A DNA stretch of 64,000 nt from an uncultured Solirubrobacterales bacterium (GCA_963729065.1 CAVSMS010000003.1:8005-72004), one strand, 5' to 3'. Shown: positions 1 through 10,645, counted from the first letter of the stretch. Notes: a model not told the origin generated them from the letters alone. Numbers and translations are program-made.

Positions 1-756
1 ACCGCGGAGTGGGTCGACGACGTCGGCTACACGGACTTCCACTTCGATCCCGAGCGCCACGACGGCGGCCAGAAGGCGATCTTCGGCCGCAAGGGCGCCT
101 TCGACTGGGCCGACTCCTGCCGCCTATGCGTCGGCCACGAGGCCCACAAGGACTTCTTCGTCAGCAAGCTCTGGAGCTACTTCATCCCGACCCCGCCCTC
201 GCGCAAGACGCGCAGGGCGCTCGAGCGTCTCTACGCCAAGCGCGACTACGCGATCCGGCCGGTGCTCGAAGCGATCCTGATGCACCCCGACCTCTATCGC
301 GGCCCGGCGATGGTCAAGCCGCCGATCGTGTTCATCGCCGGCCTGCTGCGCGCCCGGCGCCAGGGCGTCCGCAGCGACTGGTCGTGGATCTCCGAGCTCG
401 CCGGCCAGCGCCTCTTCCGGCCCCCGAACGTCGCCGGCTGGAACGACGAGCGCTGGCTCGACACCTCGACCTTCCGCGGGCGCTGGATCGCCGCCAACGA
501 GATCGCCGGCTACGACGCGCTCGACGACGAGGGCTCCTACGACGCCGGGGAGGGCACGAAGCTCGCCGTCCGGCGCGCGCTCGCCTTCTGGGGCGACCCT
601 CAGGTTCGCGGCGGCACCCGGAAGAGCCTCGAGCGCTACGCCGGCTCGGTCGAGGCCGTGGCGACGGCCGACTGGCAGCAGGAGACCTACCGGCTGCTGC
701 GCCAGAACGCGCTGCGGATGCTCGTCGCAACGTCCCCCGACCTGCAGACCTGCTGA
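1..756 (+). CDS. DUF1800 domain-containing protein (C-terminal part, 5' end outside window)
   Basis: Frame 1 is open from the window edge (TAEWVDDVGYTDFHFDPERHDGG...MHPDLYRGPAMVKPPIVFIAGLLR...NVAGWNDERWLDTSTF). This is the DUF1800 family pattern. Its usual DUF1501 partner follows 8 nt downstream. Confidence 0.8.
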   Translation, partial: TAEWVDDVGYTDFHFDPERHDGGQKAIFGRKGAFDWADSCRLCVGHEAHKDFFVSKLWSYFIPTPPSRKTRRALERLYAKRDYAIRPVLEAILMHPDLYRGPAMVKPPIVFIAGLLRARRQGVRSDWSWISELAGQRLFRPPNVAGWNDERWLDTSTFRGRWIAANEIAGYDALDDEGSYDAGEGTKLAVRRALAFWGDPQVRGGTRKSLERYAGSVEAVATADWQQETYRLLRQNALRMLVATSPDLQTC

Positions 757-764
757 GGACGACC

Positions 765-2135
765 ATGCCCTGCAACCACTGCGCCGAATACACCCGCTCG
801 CACCTGGTCCGCCAGGCGGTCGCAGAGGCCGGGCGCGGGCTGCCGTCGATCGAGCCGGGGATGCCGGTCCCCGCGGGCACCGGGCTCAGCCGCCGCTCCT
901 TCCTGCTGCGCTCGAGCGCCGCCGTGCTCTCCGTCTACGGGGCGTCGAAGCTGCGCCTCGGAGAGCTCGAGGCGGGAGTTGCCCAGGCGGCCGGGGGCTC
1001 CGACCGGGTGCTGGTCTCGATCTTCCTCGACGGCGGCATCGACTCGCTCTCGGTCCTCGCGCCGACCACCGACCCGATCTACCGGAGCCTGCGCCCGAGC
1101 CTGGCGCTGGCGCCGGGCGCCGGGACCGAGTTCACCGAGGACTCGCGCCTGCGCTGGAATCCGGCCGCGGCGTCGTTCGACGCCCTGCATCGGTCCGGAA
1201 AGATGAGCGTGCTCCCGGCGGTCGGCTACGCCAGCCCCGACCAATCGCACTTCACATCGCGCCACTACTGGGAGGTCGGTGACCTGGCACCCAACGAGCA
1301 GACCGGCTGGATCGGCCGGCTGCTCGACACGATCGGCACCGCGGACAACCCACTCCAGGGGCTCTCCCTCGACGGCTCGCTCTCGCCGGCGCTGGCCAGC
1401 CGCTCGGTTCCGGTTGCGGCGATCGACGGTCCCTCCTACGACCTCTGGGCGGAGGGCGTCTGGGACGAGCCCGAGTCGCTGATGTTCGGCGCCGTGGGCG
1501 AGCTCGGCCGGGCGGCGGCGGCCGCCAAGGACATCGGCCTGAGCGCCGCAGGGACCACCGCGGCGATGGCCATGCAGCTGAAGGCGCAGCTCCAGCCGTT
1601 CTCCGGCCAGGAGATCACCCCTCCGGTCGCCTATCCCGATGGCGAGGACAACTGGTTCGGCCAGAGCCTCTCCTCGCTGGCGGCGATGCTGGCCGCGGGG
1701 CTGCCGATCCGCTGCGCGGCGATCTCGTCGCCGGGCGACTTCGACACGCACGACAACCAGGCCGAGGGCTTCGACTCGGACCTGCGGCTGGCGGCCGACA
1801 CGATCTCCGCCTTCCAGGCCGACCTCGAGGCGCGCGGCCTCGCCGACCGGGTGATCACGCTGGTCTGGTCGGAGTTCGGCCGCAGGCCGGAGGAGAACGA
1901 TTCCGGCACCGACCACGGCGCGGGGGGCACCGCGTTTGTGATCGGGAGCAACGTCCGCGGCCAGATGATCGGCGAGTTCCCGGGCCTCGCCCAGCTCGAC
2001 GCCGACGACAACCTGCGCGCGACGGCCGACTTCCGCGCGCTCTACTGCTCGATCGTCGAGCAGTGGTTCGGCGTCGACGCGGGCGCAGTGATCCCCGGCG
2101 CGGGCGGGTTCGCCCGCCCGGCGTTGATCGGCTGA
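765..2135 (+). CDS. DUF1501 domain-containing protein, Tat-exported (sulfatase-like fold)
   Basis: ATG at 765 lies inside the longer 9..2135 ORF. Twin-arginine signal SRRSFLLRSSAAVLSVYGA. DUF1501-type motifs are present (FLDGGIDSLS, DQSHFTS, GDFDTHDNQ, WSEFGRRPEENDSGTDHG). Confidence 0.85.
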   Translation: MPCNHCAEYTRSHLVRQAVAEAGRGLPSIEPGMPVPAGTGLSRRSFLLRSSAAVLSVYGASKLRLGELEAGVAQAAGGSDRVLVSIFLDGGIDSLSVLAPTTDPIYRSLRPSLALAPGAGTEFTEDSRLRWNPAAASFDALHRSGKMSVLPAVGYASPDQSHFTSRHYWEVGDLAPNEQTGWIGRLLDTIGTADNPLQGLSLDGSLSPALASRSVPVAAIDGPSYDLWAEGVWDEPESLMFGAVGELGRAAAAAKDIGLSAAGTTAAMAMQLKAQLQPFSGQEITPPVAYPDGEDNWFGQSLSSLAAMLAAGLPIRCAAISSPGDFDTHDNQAEGFDSDLRLAADTISAFQADLEARGLADRVITLVWSEFGRRPEENDSGTDHGAGGTAFVIGSNVRGQMIGEFPGLAQLDADDNLRATADFRALYCSIVEQWFGVDAGAVIPGAGGFARPALIG

Positions 2136-2527
2136 TGCGCAGGCTCGCTCTTGCGCTCGCCGCCGCGGCTCTCGCCTTCGCGGCCTCCGCCGCGGCGAAG
2201 CCCGAGCCGGCGCCCGATCGGGTGCAGGTCCGAGGCTCGGAGTTCGATCTCCTGCTCTCGAAGCGGAAGGTCACCCCCGGGCGGGTGATCGTGCAGTTCG
2301 TAAACGCGGGGGAGGACGACCACGACCTGCGGTTGCAGCGCCTGGACTCGGCCGGGGCCCAGTTTGGCCTCGAGCTCGGCGCGGGAGAGGTCGAGCCCGG
2401 CGCCTACGAGAACATCGACGCCAGGCTTCGCAAGCGCTCCACCTACGTGCTCTGGTGCTCGCTCGGCGATCATCGCCAGCGCGGCATGGAGGCGCTCCTG
2501 CGCACCCGTCGCCACCGCCGGCGCTGA
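2135..2527 (+). CDS. secreted cupredoxin-like protein
   Basis: ATG overlaps the upstream stop (ATGA at 2133-2137). Signal peptide MRRLALALAAAALAFAASAAA. Candidate type-1 copper ligand set is DDHDL ... WCSLGDHRQRGM (His, Cys, His, Met). Confidence 0.7.
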   Translation: MRRLALALAAAALAFAASAAAKPEPAPDRVQVRGSEFDLLLSKRKVTPGRVIVQFVNAGEDDHDLRLQRLDSAGAQFGLELGAGEVEPGAYENIDARLRKRSTYVLWCSLGDHRQRGMEALLRTRRHRRR

Positions 2528-2559
2528 GGCACGCTGCGCTCGACTGGCCTCGGCGCGGC

Positions 2560-2596
2560 AAAAAAAATCCGGGGCCCGCAGCGCGGACCCCGGATT
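2560..2596 (-). terminator. intrinsic terminator of the 2615..3001 gene
   Basis: Stem AATCCGGGG / CCCCGGATT with inner CCGC/GCGG pairing. On the minus strand the hairpin is followed by a T8 run (A8 at 2560-2567 on plus). It lies 19 nt after the minus-strand stop. Confidence 0.7.
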
Positions 2597-2614
2597 CATG
2601 CCTGCGGTCGGCGG

Positions 2615-3001
2615 CTAGTTGAAGCGGCCGTAGGCGACCAGCGCGCCGTTCGTGAGCGTGATGCGGATCGGCGAGCCCGTGACGACACGCGGCACGCCGG
2701 CGCCGGCGCGGTCGATCTCGGCGTCGCCGAACGCGTCGACCGTCGCGGCACCGACGAGCTGGCCCTTGACCACGAACCGAACGCGCTTGCCGGCGAGGGA
2801 CCTAGCGTCCTCGATCTCGGCCTCGAAGTCGCGGACGCCGTCGTCGAGCTGGTTCTTCGCCTTGCCGTTCGCGGCCGGGTAGGCCACCGTGCCCTTGAGC
2901 GTCGCGGTGTGGATGTCGGTCGCGGCGGTCGCGCCCGGCACGGCCACGAGCGCAAGGGCAGCCAGAACTCCGACGATGACGATGCTGATTCGGGATCTCA
3001 C
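2615..3001 (-). CDS. small secreted protein, unknown function
   Basis: 128-aa ORF with a clear signal peptide (MRSRISIVIVGVLAALALVAVPGATA) and protein-like composition. It is followed by a canonical terminator. Confidence 0.65.
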   Translation of the reverse strand: MRSRISIVIVGVLAALALVAVPGATAATDIHTATLKGTVAYPAANGKAKNQLDDGVRDFEAEIEDARSLAGKRVRFVVKGQLVGAATVDAFGDAEIDRAGAGVPRVVTGSPIRITLTNGALVAYGRFN

Positions 3002-3078
3002 AATTGCCTCCTAAGGCGGGGTGGGGGTATCGCCGGGGAGGCTCCTGTGTTCCGAGGCTCGGTTGCAATGGGACATAG

Positions 3079-3088
3079 GTCGTACGAC
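3079..3088. promoter_or_regulatory. palindrome GTCGTACGAC (candidate operator)
   Basis: Perfect 10-bp palindrome 78 nt upstream of the 2615..3001 start. The same core recurs at 3576-3587. Confidence 0.4.
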
Positions 3089-3103
3089 AGGCCACGGCCA
3101 GGG

Positions 3104-3487
3104 TCAGATCCTCACCTTCGCCGCGCATCGCTCACCGCCATCGGTGTTGCGCGCGGTGGCGGTTATGGAGTCGGTCCCAGGCTTGTTCGCGATCTTCCGC
3201 TCGATCTCGAAGGAGCCGCTTGAGCCGCCCGTGACCGCGGAGCCCTTGAAGACGACGTCTCCGTTGTCCTTGAACTTCACCTTCCAGCGATCGCCGCTCC
3301 GGTTCTGGTCCACCTCGAACTCGACCTCGAGCCGGCCGTCGTCGGGCTTCGCCTTGATCTTCGAGCTCGTGGCGCCGGTGCACTGGCCGCCCGCGCGGAT
3401 GTCGTCGTCGGACGCGGTCGCGGCGCCGGGGATCCCCATGGCGGCCGCCGCAGCTCCGGCGGCCAGGACGGTGATCGTGCGCTTCAT
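3104..3487 (-). CDS. small secreted protein, unknown function
   Basis: Start taken at MKRTITVLAAGAAAAAMGIPGAATA (signal peptide) inside the 3104..3514 ORF. Beta-rich mature part with two Cys. Confidence 0.65.
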   Translation of the reverse strand: MKRTITVLAAGAAAAAMGIPGAATASDDDIRAGGQCTGATSSKIKAKPDDGRLEVEFEVDQNRSGDRWKVKFKDNGDVVFKGSAVTGGSSGSFEIERKIANKPGTDSITATARNTDGGERCAAKVRI

Positions 3488-3575
3488 CTCGTTTTCCCTT
3501 CGGTGTGGTGGCACTTCGACCCCACACCTTCGGACCTCGCGCGTCCAGCTTTCAACGCGACATTGGTCCTAAGAC

Positions 3576-3587
3576 GGTCGTACGACC
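3576..3587. promoter_or_regulatory. palindrome GGTCGTACGACC (candidate operator in divergent promoter)
   Basis: Perfect 12-bp palindrome in the spacer between the divergent starts at 3487 (-) and 3660 (+). It shares its 10-bp core with 3079-3088. Confidence 0.45.
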
Positions 3588-3659
3588 AACGTCCGATTGA
3601 AACCACGACGCACCGAAGCGCAGGCTGTTCGCATCAACAACCGATGCGGAGGTGCAGAG

Positions 3660-4058
3660 ATGAACAGGAACGCAAACCGGATCAAGGCGGCGGTCGCCGT
3701 CCTCGCGGCGTCGGCGATCGGCGCGAGCGCCGCGCTGGCCAGCAACGGCGCGGACGACCCGCCCGGCGACGACCGGGGCGGTAACGGCGACGACATCGCG
3801 CTCGTCACCACGTCGACGACGGACACCACGACGCCGACCACGACCGAGGACAATCCCACCCGCGGCGGCGGCGGCGGCGGCGACGACCGGTCCGATGACG
3901 GCCGGCGCGGCCACCGGGGCCGCCACCACGGCCACCGTCATCACCACGGCCACGGCGCCGACGACCATGGCGGGCACGGCAACGAGCCCGGCGACGATCA
4001 CGGCGGGCACGGCGAGCTCGAGCCCGGCGACGATCACGGCGGCTCGGACGACGACTGA
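3660..4058 (+). CDS. secreted His/Asp/Gly-rich protein (putative metal-binding)
   Basis: ATG at 3660 is preceded by GGAGGTGCAGAG. Signal peptide MNRNANRIKAAVAVLAASAIGASAALA. The C-terminus reads RGHRGRHHGHRHHHGHG followed by GDDHGGHG repeats. Confidence 0.7.
   Translation: MNRNANRIKAAVAVLAASAIGASAALASNGADDPPGDDRGGNGDDIALVTTSTTDTTTPTTTEDNPTRGGGGGGDDRSDDGRRGHRGRHHGHRHHHGHGADDHGGHGNEPGDDHGGHGELEPGDDHGGSDDD
3954..4055 (+). repeat. in-frame tandem 36-nt repeat (about 2.8 copies) encoding G(A/D)DDHGGHGxxP
   Basis: Units are 3954-3989 (GADDHGGHGNEP), 3990-4025 (GDDHGGHGELEP) and 4026-4055 (GDDHGGSDDD). Confidence 0.8.
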
Positions 4059-4062
4059 GGTC

Positions 4063-4695
4063 TCAGGAAGGCTCGCCGGCGATTCCCTGCCGGCGAGCCC
4101 AGATCGCGGCCTGGGTGCGATCGGTGACGCCGATCTGCTGGTAGACGCGCGTCAGGTGCGCCTTCACCGTCTTCTCGCTGATCTCGAGGCGGCGGGCGAT
4201 CAGCTTGTTCGGCATCCCCTCGGCCAGCAGCGCGAGCACCTCGCGCTCGCGACCCGAGAGCTCCGGTCCGTCGGCGCTCTGGCTGCGCGCGGAGACCAAG
4301 GCGCCGGCGGCCTTCGGCGACAGCGGCGACTCTCCACGGGCGGCGGCCTTGATGGACCGGCGCAACTCCTCCGGCTCGATGTCCTTCAGGAGGTAGCCGA
4401 GGGCGCCCGCGTCGAGGGCCGCCAGCACCCGGTCGCGCTCGGCGAACGAGGTCAGGGCGACGACCTTGGTCGGCGCTCCGGAGGCGACGATCCGCCGGGT
4501 CGCCTCGACCCCGTCGACCCCGGGCATCGAGAGGTCCATGAGCACCACGTCCGGTTGCTCGCGCTCGACCACCTCGACCGCCTCGTCGCCGCTCGAGGCC
4601 GTGGCCACGACCTCGATCTCGTCGTCGCTCGCCAGCAGCTCCCCGAGACCGGCGCGAACCACGGTGTGGTCGTCGACTATCGCAACGCGGATCAT
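4063..4695 (-). CDS. NarL/FixJ (LuxR-type) response regulator
   Basis: Receiver domain (IVDDH..., VVLMDLSMPGVDG) plus a C-terminal LuxR HTH (LSGREREVLALLAEGMPNKLIARRLEISEKTVKAHL). It overlaps the kinase gene by 4 nt. Confidence 0.9.
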   Translation of the reverse strand: MIRVAIVDDHTVVRAGLGELLASDDEIEVVATASSGDEAVEVVEREQPDVVLMDLSMPGVDGVEATRRIVASGAPTKVVALTSFAERDRVLAALDAGALGYLLKDIEPEELRRSIKAAARGESPLSPKAAGALVSARSQSADGPELSGREREVLALLAEGMPNKLIARRLEISEKTVKAHLTRVYQQIGVTDRTQAAIWARRQGIAGEPS

Positions 4696-6038
4696 CTCAG
4701 CGGAGCCCTTACCCGCACGGTCGTGCCCTCTCCCACCCGCGAGTCGATATCGATTTCCGCGCCGGCGTCGGCTGCGAGGTCGCGAAGCAGGCGCAGCCCC
4801 ATATGGCCCTCGCGCTGGCGGGCCAGCACCTCCTCGGCGGAGAATCCGCTGCCGTCGTCGGTGACCGAGAGCGACGCGGTCTCGTCGGTTGCCTCAACGC
4901 GAACCTCGACATGGCTCGCCCCGGAGTGTGCCGCGACGTTGCGAAGCGACTCCTGGGCGACACGGAAGAGCAGCGCCTCGGCCTCGCCGGCGAGCCGCAG
5001 GCCCGGCGCCACCTCGAGCTTCGTCTCGATCGCTCGTTCCTCCAGTGGCGTCAGCAGATCGGCGAGCGCGCTCTCGAGCCCTTCCTCGTGCAAGCGGGGC
5101 GGGTAGATCTCCACCAGCATGCTGCGGAGCTGGCGTACGGCGCTCCTGCAGGTCGCCGCGGCCTGCTCGACCCGCGCCCTCGAGCCGTTCTCGTCGCCGC
5201 TCAGGCGCTCGCCGACGGCACTGATCGCGAAGGCGGCGCCCGTCAGCTCCTGCAGGATCCCGTCGTGCAGGTCGGCGGCAATTCGCCGCCGTTCGAGCTC
5301 GGACGCATCCAGGGCGCGCCGCAGCAGCGCCTCGCGCGCCGCATGTTCACGCTGTAGCCGACGGGCCAGGGACCATGCGAGGGGCAGCAGGAGGAGCCCG
5401 AGCGCGACCACGCCCCCGATCAGTGCGGGCGCGAACTCGCCGAGCAGGTCCGATCCGCTCGCGGCAACCGAGCTGAACGGCTGGTAGGTCTCGAACAGGA
5501 GCTGACGCCCGCCGGCCTCGATCGGCAGATAGACCTCGAGCAGGTCACCGTGACCGCGGTCGAAGCGGTTCTCGGGTTCGGACAGGTCACTGAGCTCGGC
5601 GTCGCCCTCCCCGGTCTCGAGAGCCTCCACCTCGTCCTCGTCGAGCGGATATCGAGCCCCGATCAGTCGCGGCTCATCCGAGTAGACGATCCGGCCCCCG
5701 GGGGTCCAGATCTTTACCCGGACGACCTCCGATCCCAGAACCTGCTGGCGCACAATCCGGTCGACCCGTGCCCGCGACTGCGGGTCACCGGCCGCCAGGC
5801 CCGCGTCGACCGCGGGCTCGAGTGCACCCCGGGCAAGGACCTCGGTCAGGCGCTCGGCCTGGTTGATCGCCTCGTCCTCGCTCACATCCCGGAGGATCAG
5901 GGCGGCGCCGATGGCCAACGCCGCGAGTACGGCGAGGGCTGCTGCTGCGAACTTGGCCACCTCGGCGAGCACGGACGGCGGCGGCCCGGCTGCGGCCGTC
6001 TTGCTGCCCGCCTCGCCGCGGCCTGGACGCAGTCTCAC
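4692..6038 (-). CDS. sensor histidine kinase (HisKA_3 / NarX-DesK type)
   Basis: Two TM segments flank a periplasmic domain. H-box RRRIAADLHDGILQ. HATPase_c region (VAQESLRNVAAHS..., DDGSGF, GHMGLRLL). Confidence 0.85.
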   Translation of the reverse strand: MRLRPGRGEAGSKTAAAGPPPSVLAEVAKFAAAALAVLAALAIGAALILRDVSEDEAINQAERLTEVLARGALEPAVDAGLAAGDPQSRARVDRIVRQQVLGSEVVRVKIWTPGGRIVYSDEPRLIGARYPLDEDEVEALETGEGDAELSDLSEPENRFDRGHGDLLEVYLPIEAGGRQLLFETYQPFSSVAASGSDLLGEFAPALIGGVVALGLLLLPLAWSLARRLQREHAAREALLRRALDASELERRRIAADLHDGILQELTGAAFAISAVGERLSGDENGSRARVEQAAATCRSAVRQLRSMLVEIYPPRLHEEGLESALADLLTPLEERAIETKLEVAPGLRLAGEAEALLFRVAQESLRNVAAHSGASHVEVRVEATDETASLSVTDDGSGFSAEEVLARQREGHMGLRLLRDLAADAGAEIDIDSRVGEGTTVRVRAPLR

Positions 6039-6076
6039 CCGCGGGAAGTTAGCCCGCTCTGCGGGATACTCGCGCC

Positions 6077-7105
6077 ATGTCGCAGCAGAACCTCGAGACG
6101 TTCGAGCGCGGGATCGACGCGATCAATCGCCGAGATATCGATGCGCTGTTGGAGGAGCTCGATCCGGAGGTCGAGTGGCACGACGTGTTCGGCGTCATGC
6201 TCGGGGGAGGAGCACGGACCTATCAGGGACGCGCAGGCGTCCGCGAGCTCTTCCACGATCTCTACGACGCATTTGCCGAGACCTACAGCCGGTACTCGGA
6301 GGTCAGAGACCTTGGCAACCGAACCGTCGCATTCGGCAGCCTCCGTGCCCTCGGTAACGAGAGTGGTGCCACGATCGAGTCCCCGCTCGGCACTCTGGTC
6401 GAGTGGAGAAGCGGCAAGGCCATTCGGGTCCAGACCTTCCTGAACCGCCGGGAGACGCTCGAAGCCGCGGGCCTCGATGGGCTGCTCGCCGAGCAGATCG
6501 CCTACTACCGGGCCCGCGCGCCGGAGTACTACGCGGGCGTGATCGACTTCCCCGGCGACGAGCTGGAGGCAGCGCTGCATGACTTTCGTCCCGGCGGTCG
6601 CGTGCTGGAGCTCGCCTGCGGGCCGGGCGGCTGGACAAAGCTGCTCCTGGAATCCGCCGACAGCATCACCGCGATCGACGCCTCGCCCGAGATGCTCGCG
6701 CTGGCGGCCGACCAAGTCGAGCACGATCCGCGGGTCCGATTCGTCGAAGCGGACCTGTTCGATTGGCGACCGGACGGCGAGTACGACGTGGTGTTCTTCG
6801 GCTTCTGGCTCTCACACGTGCCGCTCGAGCGCTTCGAGTCGTTCTGGTCGACCGTCGCCGAGGCCCTGGCCCCGAACGGGCGGGTCTTCTTCGCCGACGA
6901 CGCGTACAGGACGCCGGATGAGCTGATCGAGGGTGAGGGGTCGAGCACGATCAGGCGACGCCTCAGCGACGGGACCAGCTTTCGCGCGGTCAAGGTGCCG
7001 CACACGCCGGCCGGCCTGGAGCGGCGGCTGCGGGACCTGGGGTGGAGGATCGAGGTGCGCGGGGCCTCCGGCCCGTTCTTCTGGGGTTCGGGATCCCCGG
7101 GCTGA
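6077..7105 (+). CDS. SnoaL-like domain / class I SAM-dependent methyltransferase fusion protein
   Basis: The N-terminal part, about 125 aa, is NTF2/SnoaL-like (FERGIDAINRRDIDALLEELDPEVEWH). The C-terminal part carries SAM motif I (VLELACGPGGWT) and post-I/II motifs. Confidence 0.8.
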   Translation: MSQQNLETFERGIDAINRRDIDALLEELDPEVEWHDVFGVMLGGGARTYQGRAGVRELFHDLYDAFAETYSRYSEVRDLGNRTVAFGSLRALGNESGATIESPLGTLVEWRSGKAIRVQTFLNRRETLEAAGLDGLLAEQIAYYRARAPEYYAGVIDFPGDELEAALHDFRPGGRVLELACGPGGWTKLLLESADSITAIDASPEMLALAADQVEHDPRVRFVEADLFDWRPDGEYDVVFFGFWLSHVPLERFESFWSTVAEALAPNGRVFFADDAYRTPDELIEGEGSSTIRRRLSDGTSFRAVKVPHTPAGLERRLRDLGWRIEVRGASGPFFWGSGSPG

Positions 7106-7114
7106 GCGGTCGGT

Positions 7115-7654
7115 TCAGCGCTCGCGCAGCTTGCGGACGGCGGCGCCGGCCGCTGTCTTGGCGTTGAAGGCGCCGGTCATCGCCCGCTCGGCGACCGAGC
7201 CGGACGGGGGCAGGAGGCCGATCTGCTGGGCGAGATAGGCGCCGTTGGTGTAGGCGTGGTTCTCCACGATCTTCTCGTCGACCACGTGGAACATGTCGCA
7301 GCCCTCGAGCTCGACCTTGGCGCCCGTGGGCGCGACCCCCTGGAAGCGCCCGGGCCCGGCGAAGGTCGCCGAGATGCGCCAGCGCGCCGCCGCGTATTCG
7401 CCGGTCGCGACCAGCTCGAGCACCTCGAAGCGCCAGTCGGGGAAGGCCGCGAACAGGTTGCTGAACCAGGCGCGGATGCCCGCGGGGGCGTCGAGGTCGC
7501 CCATCCCGTACATGTGGTCGATCGAGCCCGTCTTCCAGACCGCGAGCGCGCGGTCGAGATCCTGGTCAGCGAGACCGTCGAAGTACTCGCGGACGATCGT
7601 CTTGGCGCCCTTCTTCCGCGGCGTCTTGGTCTTCGTCTCTGCTTCGGTGGCCAT
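7115..7654 (-). CDS. SnoaL-like / NTF2-family protein (ester-cyclase-like)
   Basis: 179-aa ORF with the pattern REYFDGLADQDLDRALAVW ... GAKVELEGCDMFHVVDEKIVENHAYTN, typical of the SnoaL polyketide-cyclase fold. Confidence 0.75.
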   Translation of the reverse strand: MATEAETKTKTPRKKGAKTIVREYFDGLADQDLDRALAVWKTGSIDHMYGMGDLDAPAGIRAWFSNLFAAFPDWRFEVLELVATGEYAAARWRISATFAGPGRFQGVAPTGAKVELEGCDMFHVVDEKIVENHAYTNGAYLAQQIGLLPPSGSVAERAMTGAFNAKTAAGAAVRKLRER

Positions 7655-7663
7655 CGTCTAAAT

Positions 7664-9673
<2,010 letters not shown>

Positions 9674-9706
9674 CGAGCTCAGGATAGGGCGGGCCGGGAC
9701 GCTGCC

Positions 9707-9982
9707 CTAGACACCCTCGCCGCGGTTGGCGCTGATCTCCTTCGACAGCTCGCCGAGCGCCGCGGCGGCCTCGCCGATCCCCGCGCCGGTCTGCTGCATG
9801 TAGAGCTTCGCGGCCTTTCGGGTCTCGCCCTGTTCGAGCAGCAGCCGGACCTCGTCGGAGACCGGCGGCGCCTTGGCTGCGTCCGCCTCCCAGTCGGCCG
9901 CGCCGGTCTGCTGGAAGAGCACCGCCACGCGGCGCTCGAGCTCGGCGACCCGGGCCTGTAGCTCCGCGATCTCGTCGCTCAT
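9707..9982 (-). CDS. small hypothetical protein (coiled-coil N-terminus, L7/L12-C-like C-terminus)
   Basis: Start at MSDEIAELQARVAELERR overlaps the GST stop (ATGA). The C-terminal part DEVRLLLEQGETRKAAKLYMQQTGAGIGEAAAALGEL resembles the L7/L12 C-terminal motif. Confidence 0.55.
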   Translation of the reverse strand: MSDEIAELQARVAELERRVAVLFQQTGAADWEADAAKAPPVSDEVRLLLEQGETRKAAKLYMQQTGAGIGEAAAALGELSKEISANRGEGV

Positions 9983-10627
9983 CGTGCCCTCAGTATGCGC
10001 GGGGGAGCTGCGCCGATGCGCTCGATCCATTCGCGCAGCCTCGGGTGCGTGTCGCCGAGCGGCTGGTGCTCCTCGAGGATCAGGTGGAAGGGCTCGGTGT
10101 CGGCCGGGTCCCGCCGCAGCGCGTACTTGAGGAACGGATAGGCGACCAGGTCGGCGGCGGTGAGCTCACCGATCAGCAGATAGTCACTGCCGGTCAGCAG
10201 ACCCTCGAAGACGTCCAGCCGCGCGCTCATCTCGGCGCCGAGCCTCTCGATGCGGGCCCGGTCGGGCTGATCGTGGCTCGAGCTCGTCCTCGATCGCGTT
10301 CGGCGCCGCCTTGTAGACGTGCTCGAACCAGCCGATGAACACGTCCACACCCGCGCGGCACGCCGGGTCGGCGGGGAACAGGGGAGGCTCGGGCGTGCGG
10401 GCTTCGAGATGGCGCATGATCGCGACGGAGTCGTGGATCACCTCGCCGGCGTCCTCGATCACGGGCACCAGCCCCTGGCCGCTGATCGCCTCCACCGGCC
10501 CGCGGTTCGAGTACTCGATGAGGATCGACTGGGCGTCGATCCCCTTGTACGCGAGCGCGAGCCCTACGCGCTCGCAGTTGGTCGACCAGTCGGCCCGATA
10601 CAGGCGAACCGCAGGACCGCCTGCCAT
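9979..10627 (-). pseudogene. glutathione S-transferase, one frameshift near 10275
   Basis: The N-terminal thioredoxin-like half is in ORF 10184..10627 (VRLYRADWSTNCERVGLALAYKGI...). The C-terminal helical half is in ORF 9979..10350 (ARIERLGAEMSARLDVFEGLLTGSDYLLIGELTAADLVAYPFLKY). The frames switch at about 10270-10282. Confidence 0.75.
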
Positions 10628-10645
10628 CGGCCCTTCGTCGACCGG

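Noticed and set aside
3954-4055. Tandem repeats as a possible CRISPR or minisatellite
   Set aside because: The repeats are contiguous with no spacers, in frame, and encode the His-rich tail of a secreted protein.
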